From Massalongia carnosa (Eukaryota), in assembly GCA_965645245.1 (NCBI GenBank), contig OZ287078.1, positions 434,001-498,000 on the forward strand: a stretch of DNA of 64,000 nucleotides, read 5' to 3'. The translations under genes and the position numbers were made by a program. Position 1 is the first letter of the stretch. Each line of letters starts with the position of its first letter. A model generated the notes under the pieces. That model was not told the origin of the DNA and searched no databases. It saw only the letters and a program-made list of their open reading frames with translations. Of the stretch, positions 39,453 to 50,032 are shown piece after piece.

Positions 39453-40945
39453 GGTGGCTCGGGGTCATTTGAGCGGGTAAACATGTACCTCCGTATATAC
39501 ACTATGTAACACTCGTCTGAAAAGATGACGGTGGATTTGCTTAACAGAGTTACGGGTTGCAGCTCCCTATATCGTACTGGCCTTTTCCTATAATTATATG
39601 TTACCTTTTCGACACTGAAATTGTCTACAAACTATTACTATATCATCTAGCATAGGTGTTAGAAGTGGCTTGAGACGACCTACTGCACTCCTTTTTGCGC
39701 CCCTGAATAAGCTGGTGTCCGTGCGTTTATAGCGTCTTATTCACGGCTACAATAAGAAGCTACTGACAAGTAAGTAAACTCGTTGTATATTCTTTGCCTC
39801 TATTCGACTCATGCTGAGTAGTCAGGATTAGATTGGGAACAATTCTCATCAAGATTAAATTGATAACCGTCGCTGTTTGTGATCGTCGCTACAAGTAGTG
39901 TTCCATATTTAAAAGACATACAATCGTCGAATACAGAGGCAAATATAACCCTCCTTAATAAAAAAAGGACCTCGCGACCACCTTCTTTTGGCCCCCTGCA
40001 ACAATCCCTGCAGACCCTTTGCAATATACCAATTATAGAACTTGCCGCGAAGGAGACTCCTTAAAAAATAAGGAGGAGGCCGAACCGAACGGAAGGCCTT
40101 TTCATTATAAGGAGGTTACCGAACGGGGCCTTAGACTACATACCTTAAACGAGCCACATTCAATTACCCCTCATTTTTTTAGAAGACTCAAGCCCACCAA
40201 ATTCCCATGCTACGCCCTACATTAATGTAGTTAGCGTACGAATTAAGGCATCACAAACTTGCCCTCTTTGATATCATGTATTAATCTGGGAATGTCTAAG
40301 ATCGCAGTCCTCTGCAAGCTCTTTCGTTGAGCTACGCTCTATCGCAGTTCACCTGTATCCAACCCCCTCCATTCTCATTCTCATACTGGCACGTCAAAAA
40401 CCGCAAGGTTAACTGAAACATAGAAAGAGACTCAAGCTGGAGGAGTAGAAGTAGACCTCCCATCATTCATCTAATAGAATATCACATACGCGGAATAACT
40501 TAGCGTTTCTAGGAACACATATCCCATAGACCCCAACGTAAACCTTTATATATTCCATACCAATGAATAGATGATGCTGAGGATCAAGGTAGATGTTGTT
40601 TATATAAGATTTAGAGACATTCAGCCACCTAGATTCAAAAAGCTCACCAAATTTCCTAAAAATGGCCTTGTCGAATAATCAGTCATCACATAAAATATAC
40701 GTTAAAATGCTAAACGACAGAAGATCCGGTTGGAAATGTACAGCAATTCTTTGTATCCGTTACACTTCTTGCCGCGCGGCTCCGCATAGGAAGTCACAAG
40801 CGAGATAGCTATTAAACTGTAATACCTCGTAAGAACAGGGCTATCAGCCTTGTCGTACTCGTAACTCGGCAGAGACGTCGTACTGCTTCGTTCACTTCTT
40901 CGCTCATGATCGCATGAACCTCCTGTCTACACAATCCTCAAAACC

Positions 40946-41640
40946 ATGTCTAGCCATCGCCTATTTCGCTTTCCGAAACCTGAATGGCTGAATAGCCCCA
41001 ACACGCGGACAGCAGGCGTCTACCTATCCGGTGCACTCGTGCGTTGATCCTCCTAATATTACTTGTCAAATACATCCAGCTAATTTGGAAGCTTATAGTT
41101 CTCTTTAGGGTTCTTCTTTTTCATTGACGCTTCTACATACTCCCACTCTTCTAAGAATGGCTCCCTGATACATATCAAGTTTGTTGATTGGATCCCCGGA
41201 ATTTGTTCCTCGCTCGGTATGCTGGTCATCAACTCGATAGAAAAAACACGTTTGAGTGCAGATAGCTATAGCTATTCTGGGACTGGTGTGGCTTGGAAGG
41301 CTAGGCTTGTGCTTTTCTTAGGGTTTGCGTTGATGGCTGGGGGACTGGCTGGTTCAGTGGTGAGTCCTTTATTTGCAGAATAGAGCTCTGCAGCAACGGG
41401 TTAGTAGTGCTCATGAGGTTGGTACACAGGCTGTCCTTGCGCTCAAGTATATCCAGCCGGGGTTCCCATTCCCGACTCTATATTTTGGGATTGCGAACGT
41501 CATTGCAAATGGACTGATTATGCTAAGGTATGATGATACTGTTTTTTTGATATTCGGGTTTGGCTAATCTAGTTAGCTCTGTCGTCCTCTGGGTATCTCA
41601 GAATATGGAAGATGACTACACTTATAATCTTGCTTTGTGA
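40946..41640 (+). CDS. VPS68: Vacuolar protein sorting protein Vps68, four exons
   Basis: Manual splice: MSSHRLFRFPKPEWLNSPNTRTAGVYLSGAL|FSLGFFFFIDA...FVDWIPGICSSLGMLVINSIEK...AWKARLVLFLGFALMAGGLAGSV|AVLALKY...|SVVLWVSQNMEDDYTYNLAL*. Confidence 0.9.
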
Positions 41641-42037
41641 GATTTCTATTTTGGGGTATCCCGAGATCGGCGTTGCAACGAGTTTTGCGACTAGGCGTAT
41701 ATAACATTATCAAGAACAGGCAATTTGGCCATGAATTAAACTGGTATTATATGCACCGGAGAGTTTGCGAGGAGAAATCTTGTTTTGCTTAAGAAGAGTG
41801 AGCGACCCTCAGATGTCGATGCAATCAAGGTCAAATGTGACAAGATCGGTCTATAATGCGTGGAATGAGCGGGTTAAGGTAGCCTACCTCTCTTGCCGTA
41901 GGTGTTAGAAAGAGTTTCGAACATGTCTCTAGGTCGGGCTGCACATGATAATAACTTTTTGGGATTGTATGTTGGATCTAAGTAATTCGACTCGTTCGTT
42001 TCCTACGACTTTTTTAAAAGAATGCACACTTCCGATA

Positions 42038-43954
42038 ATCGTGCCAAAACACTAAACCCCAACCGAGTCAGGGTCTAGTGCCCATGACGCATTCAGCCTA
42101 CTGACGCACTTTTCCCATTTTTACTACCATTTCCGCTACAAATTGGGGACAACAACGGTTAATCAAGATTTCATTGATTATGACGCTGGTAAAACAGCTT
42201 TGCTTGCCTGGGCATTGATCGAGCGATGCGTTTATACCTTTTGTCTAGGGCTATCTGCTTCTTTTCAGCAGCTAGTTGGGCCCATTCATAGGCCAGCCTG
42301 GTCATTTCCACCTCATTCTGACAGCGTTTTGAGGTTTCGGCTCGTACGTCCCCCACGGTTATGACCCCTCCCTTCTGGGCGACCTTTCCATCCAGTTTTT
42401 TACGGGCCGCCTTTGCGACGGATTGTTGATGACTGGCCAGAAGGTCCCGTTCAACAATCTGACGTGCATGAGCGCTGGAAATGGAACCTTCACAAATCGC
42501 CCCACATGACGCTCCCATTCGTTGTCCAGCACCTTGTATTTGGCCAGACTCATACGGAGACGCATACCGTATTCAACCACCTCTTTAGTCGTACGGGGCG
42601 TTCTGGCGAGCAATGGGGCTGACGAAGGTGGGGGCGGGGTAGCAGGTCTTCGGGTCTGAATAGCCTCCAACTTTCGAATTACCACATCGGGATTGTAAGG
42701 CACCAAACCCCTGTTTCTGAATGACGATAATATAGTGGCCGAGGTGAATGTTTGATTTCGCATGCGCTGAAAAATCGACAAAAAGTCGAGTTTGTCGAAA
42801 TCTGCCCCTCTGAGTCGTACCAGTTCGTCAATGCCTTCGGAATGATAATGTTTTAAATGGCTGAAAACATCCTACATCCAATGGCTGAGTGAGATGTGTT
42901 GAATGAGGCGGCAAATGAAACAATTCAATCTGTTTTCGTTTGGCATATGTAAAGAACTCGTATGTCATATGAGATCCATATCCGTCCATAATCAACATAC
43001 GCCAGGCACCTACCTGACCCTTTCGACTGTGTTTATCAAAATGTTTCAGCCAATCAATGGCCAAGTCATCATTGGAATAGCCGGTAGGACTAGTAGTCAA
43101 CAAAACATCGTCATTCAGGTCGTTCTGCTGCGCCCATTTTTCGAGAATCAAAACCCCCGCGATAATCACCATTGGGGGAATGTCTCGACCACCAGCACTA
43201 ATACACTCACAGGAGGTGACGTATTCTCTGTTGTCTAGGTTTGTCAACAACAGAGGCTTTCTGGAATGACCTGACACCACCCAATGAGCCCTGCCACAGC
43301 CAACTCGAAAGCCCGTTTCATCCATGTTCCAAACATCCTCGTCCACTATTCCCCGCGCCTCGCGCGCAGCCCGATATGCCTCGAAATATTCACGTATGTC
43401 CTTTGCATTGTGCGCGTGTTTTCGCTCGGCCGCCAAAGGTTTTTGTTTTCGTTTGAAGAACTGAGGATTGCGATTGAGGAAACGTTTGGTCGAAGAATTG
43501 CTGACGATGGGGGAGTGAAGGCGTCTAAATGGGCTTCTCGAAGTAGATAATTGGCAGCTCCACGAACCATTGGAAATCTGGCTGATTGTTCAGCTTGATC
43601 GAGCATTCGAATGTAATCACAAATAGCCAATTCCTGTTCATCAGATAACGCCTTGTTGGGGGGAGTTCGGCCAATGCGCGAACCTCCTCCAGCAAGTCGT
43701 CTTTGAAGAGTACATACGAACGTCCACGCCAAAATCAATGGCTGCTTCGCGTATACTTCGAAATTCACCCGTGTCCCACGCGTTTATAGCGTCAACAATT
43801 CGATCCTCCTTATTAGAATATGAATTAGTCATGGTGGTGGTGGATGAACGACGTGGTGGAAATGGTAGTAAAAATAGGAAAAGTGCGTCAGTAGGCTGAA
43901 TGCGTCATGGGCACTAGACCATGACTCGGTTGGGGTTTAGTGTTTTGGCACGAT
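42038..43954 (-). mobile_element. 1917-bp pogo/Fot1-like DNA transposon with ~98-bp TIRs and a TA TSD
   Basis: Left end atcgtgccaaaacactaaaccccaaccgagtca...tactaccatttcc is mirrored at about 43857-43954. TA at 42036-42037 and 43955-43956. Confidence 0.93.
42171..43832 (-). pseudogene. Fot1/pogo DD35D transposase with four frameshifts
   Basis: HTH SIREAAIDFGV..TLQRRL, CENP-B-like LSDEQELAICDYI, WNMDETGF, LIMDGYGSH and 35 residues to TQPLDVG. The frame shifts at about 43713, 43510, 42855 and 42487. Confidence 0.9.
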
Positions 43955-45171
43955 TAGGGAATTTATTAGTCTCTGCATTGGCAGGTATTTTTTCAGCAAG
44001 TGAAGGTGTTGATCACCATGAAAGGATTGGTGAACCATTCACGGCTTTGGGGTGGTTATAATTTTTAGGCTTCAGCACTTTATATCTAAATTGCCTTCAA
44101 CCTTATGTTTTCTTTTGGAACCGCCTTGGTTAATCCTTAGAGTTTCCCCATTTACGTCCCTTTAGCAAACCCTCATGGGAAACTCATAACAACTTCTAGT
44201 TTATCTAAGTTCCCATCAAGCTTAGCCACCGAGGGACCAGGTTCGATCTTGGCCAAGTTCTGTCCTCGTCAAATTCTACAACCTATTGAACATTCAGGAA
44301 ACAAACATGCACCCATCAGCCCGTCAAAATACCTAAGAGACTCCTTTCAATACCAGCGCCCCGCGAGGAATATGATATTCTTTACGGACGCTTCAACAGT
44401 CTCACTCAGCAGATGGTATCTCATTCTACGATCAAAAAGCTTGCAATGTTCCTGTGTCCCCTTTGCATAGGCCCTTTCAGCTCGAAATATCTGCAACCAC
44501 CAGAGTATCAAGCAGCTCGCCTACAAAACGGAGTAAACAAGGGTGCTAAACCACGCGTTCAATTTGCTCTGAAGTCTCAGGTGCTGTCTCGAGCCTCGGG
44601 CGGAGGAGAGTGACATTGCAGGGTGCAGGCGAGAAGTATGTCGCACAAGCAAGGCATGCATGGAGGCAACGATGTGAGGCTATAGCAAATACATATGGAT
44701 AGATGGAGATGGCGCCGAGCTGCCGATCGTAACAAGGAGTATGCTTTTGCGAAGGATATTGAAATCAGCTCGTCAGGGAGAGGCTTATGCTGAGATTTTG
44801 AAATGGGCTGGTAAGCTAGTGTCCGTTTGTTCATATCTACAGCATCATGTTGGGTTTGAAACCTATTGGTGCTGGACTAATCATCGGAATGGTAGCGGTG
44901 TTGTTCCTTGTATCATCTTAACACCATTTAATCAATTTAAAACGTAGCTTTATTGTAGCTTAACTGTATTAGCATCGGATTGGATGACCGATGAAGTCTC
45001 CTAGTTGAGTGTCGAAAGCATACAGTATAATCGAGGGCATTCCGTACATTTCCAAATTCTGTACACCTTGCACGAGTAACCTACCCGTGACCCCTGTTTG
45101 GAACCTAGAGCAAACGAAAATTATTGATTATATCAACTTATCACCGTCATAACCACAATAGCTTTCTCTGA

Positions 45172-48100
45172 ATGAGCATCAGGTCTTTCAAAGGTGCCTT
45201 GACGCCCAATCAAGGTTATATATGCCTACAGTGCCGTTTAAAAAAAAATGTCAGGAAGGTTGGAGACGCCGGACGATACTACCGAACGAACTCTCTACTT
45301 CCCAGTAATTCCATACACAGCTTACTTGTCGATAAGTCCAACAGCTTCGATCTGGAAAATAACATAAAAAAGCATGAGCACCCTTCAGATGCCCGACGGG
45401 AGAGTATTACTGCCCGAGAGTCCAACGTGAGTGCTTCAATAGCCACCCTTCACCGTTCAACAGTCTCGTAGTTCATTTGGTTGCTTAATAGGGCTAAATT
45501 TGTAGCAGATAAACCTAGGTACTCTACAAGCCTTTACCCAACCAAACAGCAGTTCACTGCTACTCCTTCAAAAAAAGTTCGCTAAACAACGTCAAGAAAT
45601 TGCAGACCAACTCCCAAAATCTACTCTACTGGAGCTTGAAGATTCACAAATTCAGCCGCTAGATGAGTCCCACTACGAACCACCCATATCTCTCAGTCAT
45701 TGCAAACATGGGACTGACAAGTCACCATTGGATTTTCCGCCCAGGGCTACTGAAAATGGCGAGGCTATCAAATATTCATTGCTGACAAAAGATGCCCCCA
45801 ATTTTCTTCTAGTTGCTTTGTCGGAAACAAGCTATGATTCCAATAAAAGTACTAACGAATTTTCAACGAATAAGCTACTAGGAGGAAATGGGCATGCTGA
45901 GAAGATTATTGATAAAGCTTCAATGGTCGATGGGCGGGAAAGAAAAGGCTCAGTTGACGCTCTAAACAGTCAAGCAGTTTTCATGAAGGCCACACAAGAG
46001 AAGACAAACGATCAACCCGAGCTCGAAGGATTTGGATCGAAGCAACAGGTGAAGCATCAACCCATGCAGTCTCGAAGACTGAGAGGGAAACATGTGTCCA
46101 TCATCAAGCCCAAAACTGCCTCAAACCGGAAAGCCCCCCAGGCGTCCGAGGATTCCACCGGTGAATCAGCTGGGATTAGGGTTGTGGGAAAAAATGAGGA
46201 TCTCGAGAAAAGTATGAACAAAACATTGAAAGCCAAGCCGCAGAGTGAAATCGATGCTCTAGAAATCCCTCTATCAACTATGGTAAGGGTTATTACTAAG
46301 AAAGATGAAAAATCTCAACCCTCAAAAGCTAGCTCAGCCAAAGCTGTGAAGCAGCAATCCAAGCAATCTCGACGAAAGATCGGAAATCCTGGGCGAAACA
46401 AACTTATCAGGGCCATCCCATATGATCCTCCCTTAGTCACACCCTTTTTATCGAAACTTATTATCAGGAAGCAAGCTCAAGGAAACTTGGCCTCAGAGCC
46501 CAAGGTTCTTCCCGTCCCTCTACCTTTAGATAAAAGATACGATATTCAAAAGATTAAAGTGAAGGAGCTCAAGCTATCAGGTATTTTTTTTGGAATGAAA
46601 AGCGAAGCGACTCTTTTGACAATGTCTAGCAATCGAAAGAAAGCAAAATCCTGTGCCCAATCTTTCTCATGGACTTGACCGGGTGCTATTTAAGTAACTT
46701 ACCTTTTCAATATTTGGGCTATAGATAAGCTAAGATTTATCGCAGCTCAGGCGTTCATCGATTACAAGATTCCCGGTCTCGGGTTTTCAACTTCGATCCC
46801 TATCTGCAGACCATCATGCCTGTGCCAGAATTCGATTTCAATGCCCTGAACGAATATGTTACATCATCAAAGGATAAGTCTCTTCAGGAACTCGCACAGT
46901 TTCATGGAAAACGATATGTAGGGTCGACCTCATCCATGACCGGCGTCTTAGCGCACTTTCATTTTCTTTTATCTCAATGGCGTGATGTTAACCCCGAAAT
47001 GGTATCAAGTGTTTTTCCCGACAAGATGACATCTTTTACAGAGATACAAAGATGCCCAAGTGCCATTTTCCTGAGATGGAAAAATGGAACCTATGCCATT
47101 GACGCTGACAAGGAATTCGCGTCGGCTAACATACTAAGCATGCTCGGTAAATCAATGGAGAAGTTGCTGACTTTGGACAAAAGCGATTTTGAAAAATATC
47201 GCAAGTCAAACTCCGCAAATAGCCCGGCACAAAAGAGAAATGACCCCGAGACCTTTCACTACTCCACTATGGGTGACTTTCTAATGCGAGCGCAACTCGA
47301 CGCACACGATCCTCGTTTACCAGGAACAGGAATGTTTGATCTGAAGACCAGGGCTGTCGTATCTGTCCGTATGGACACCCAAAATTACGAACTCGGCGTC
47401 GGCTATCAGATCAAGACCGATAGAGGGAAATTTGAATCTTTCGAGCGCGAGTACTATGACATGATCCGGTCTGCATTTTTGAAATACTCTTTGCAAGTCA
47501 GAATGGGCAGGATGGATGGAATCTTTGTTGCCTTTCACAACGTGGAAAGAATATTTGGCTTTCAGTACATTAGTTTAGAGGAAATGGATTTGGCGTTGCA
47601 TGGCAAATCAGACACGGTGATTGGTGACCAAGAGTTCAAATTGAGCTTGGACTTATTGAACAAGGCCTTGGAAAAGGCTACTAAGAAATATCCCGAAACG
47701 GTGCGTACGCTTTTCCGATACCCTTGAAATTTTGCTAACTAATTAGTCGCTTCGCATACATTTTGAGACTCGAGACACGAAAACACCATTCATGTATATC
47801 TTTGCTGAACCTGTAACCGAGGCTCAAGTGAACGAGATACAATCCACAAACGAGGCCAAAATTGCTGAATTCGAGCGAAAAATTCTTGGTCTTCATGGCA
47901 AAGAAGGACCGTCAGAGGAGCGTGAGCCAGACGAGGAAGGGAAATGGGCGGATATTGAAGCCAGCGTAGAAGAAGCAATGCAAAAGGACGAATTGTCGTT
48001 GACAGCGCCGGATGCGAGTGGAGAAATAATACCTGAAGTTCAACAAGAAAGCAGCTCCCCTTCGGAGCATGAGGGTCTTCCTTATAACGAGAGTCCCGCT

Positions 48101-49015
48101 GCAGACCTGAATGGGGATGACCTCGCAGCATCTAGCAGACCTGACGATGATCAGATCGATACCGAAGAGGAGGAAGCAGAGGAGGAAACAGAGGAAGAGG
48201 AAGTGAAAGTTGAAGTGAGAATTGAAGAAAAAGAGGAAGAGAAAGATCAGGAACCGGGAGAGCGCTCGGACGAGATTGATGAAGACGAGGTTGAGGAGAA
48301 GATGGAGGACGAGCTAGAGCGAGCTAAAGAAGGAGAAGACGAATTCGTGGAGGACGGAGATGAAGCGAATCATGCAATAATAAACGGGTTTAAGGAGATG
48401 GACAGCGCAGGATCCAGTCAAACTCTCCACAACGCCAGCATTTCCAATGAAGCTGGAAACAGCGCTGAAGCTTCCACTCAAGAGGATCCCAGCACAGCGA
48501 ATCCGATCATTGATAATCTCGACAGTCAAAAACCCATAGCTGATGGAGACTTCGATGATACAAAGGCTTCGGAAACTGCGAATAGCTCCTCTGAAAGCTC
48601 ACATGACGCACCATCCTCAGACATTGTGAATCAAGAAAAGCCACCGATGTTCAAAAAAGGCGACATGCTAGCGATGACTCTCACCATTCGCAACCGGATC
48701 AATGGCAACTACGTTCTTCGACCCACGGCTCTAACTGCCAAAGATAACTGGACGGTCGAGTATTCATTGACCGAAATCGATGATCCAAATCGAGCTTGGA
48801 CTCTTTATAAAGCATGTCAACTACGCCGTGCAAAGAAACTCGAGTTTTCCAGAAAGGAGGAAGGGGACAAGATTGATCCTTATTTGGCACATCTACGAAA
48901 GATCAGTCAACAAGGAGCGGTTTGGAGGGAAAAGATGGACAAAGAAGATGAGGCACGACCAAAGATTGTTTGGGGGCAACCTGTGCCGCATCTGCCGCAG
49001 AAATCTGACGGGTGA
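45172..49015 (+). CDS. PET127: Mitochondrial RNA-processing exonuclease Pet127, multi-exon, with long N-terminal and acidic low-complexity insertions
   Basis: VPNLSHGLDRVLF, RSRVFNFDPYLQTIMPVPEFDF, YVGSTSSMTGVLAHFHFLLS, LMRAQLDAHDPRLPGTGMFDLKTRAV, FEREYYDMIRSAFLKYSLQVRMGRMDGIFVAFHN. The 5' exons are less certain. Confidence 0.92.
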
Positions 49016-49123
49016 TAAGCAGTGGGGATGAAGGCGTGCTTCGTAGCTGTGTTGACTCAATGTAATTCCATAGATCCTTCTGGTAGTATTTTGGGTGTTT
49101 AGGGAGCGCTCATTAATGGGCAC

Positions 49124-49187
49124 GAGACCACCCGGAATCGAACTGGGGGTAAATTACCTTCCACTCAATACTGAGTGCCAATGTCTC
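49124..49187 (-). other. 64-nt tRNA-like fold lacking an anticodon arm (B-box/T-arm present)
   Basis: Minus strand reads GAGACAT TGG CACTCA GTAT TGAGTG GAA GGTA ATT TACC CCCAG TTCGATT CCGGG TGGTCTC. Terminal GAGAC/GTCTC pairing, a 6-bp hairpin, a 4-bp hairpin, and a T-loop TTCGATT in a 4/5-paired stem. Confidence 0.35.
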
Positions 49188-50032
49188 AATGTCCAGACGG
49201 AGTAAAGTGGAGGGTACTGAGTTTTGGGTACAGAGTATTGGGTACACCGGTGATGTGCTACACCGGTGATGTGCTAGGCAGGCGTACCTGGCAGATAGGG
49301 TCCATTTCTGTAGGTGAATGGCCGTGAATGCCTAAACAGGCCTCCATCTAGGTTTATGCAGGTTATGCAGGTTATGCAGGTTAATGTAAGCATGCCCGCA
49401 CGGTATCGTGCAGCCGCGCCCGGAAATATGGATCTTCCGAGATCTCTCATCACAGTCTTTCAGTTTCGGGCTCTCCTCCGGCCTTGTTTTCGTGGATCCC
49501 AACCCTTACCTAGTTAACGTTGATGGTACCCTGAGGGAACCAATGTCATAGGTAGATACCTCTAGGGTACCCACGTACACCTAGGTGGGTACCTTACTCG
49601 GTACTTTACCTTTCGATCATCAGACCCCCCAACCGAGTTGCATCATGTTTCTACACCTCCGCTCGCCACTACTTCTTCGTCGGCTTCTTCTTCTTCTTCT
49701 TCTTCTTCTTCAGTCATCCTTTTCTGTTGGTGGCTCGAGCAACGGCAGGATCACGTTGCTCTTGCCTCCTGGAGTGTTGTGATTCCGTGATCCTTTTACG
49801 CAATTCATTTATCCGCAAAGTAAAATCCGGAACATGATACCCCACAGGACTGGGTTACTTCTCGCCCACAAGGACAGTTCAGTACAACATCACACCTGGT
49901 ACTTATTGCGAGTTGCTTGTCTATATCGCTCCCCAGCTTCATGGCTACACAGTGGTGACCAATCCAATTGACTATATTCTTCATCCATACCCTTCGTCCC
50001 CAACACCTAACCCAGATATTCCATTATCAGAC

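Larger units (their letters stand above)
37186..39472 (+). pseudogene. Degenerate fungal Ser/Thr protein kinase-like gene interrupted near its 3' end by the Tc1-like transposon
   Basis: Fragments RGFAALHDQKITFT (subdomain VI-like), IEDAAYVSPECNVVGKQLGSWM, KSSIFSFSV (IX-like) and ANFDLAKLLTAHKALAHRW|LGVI* (subdomain XI, split by the insertion). Multiple stops and frameshifts. Confidence 0.7.

Noticed and set aside
39379..39468. 30-aa N-terminal extension of the 391-aa transposase ORF (MTPSHPRGG...)
   Set aside because: It starts outside the element and reads through the TIR. The ATG at 39378 just inside the TIR is the plausible start.
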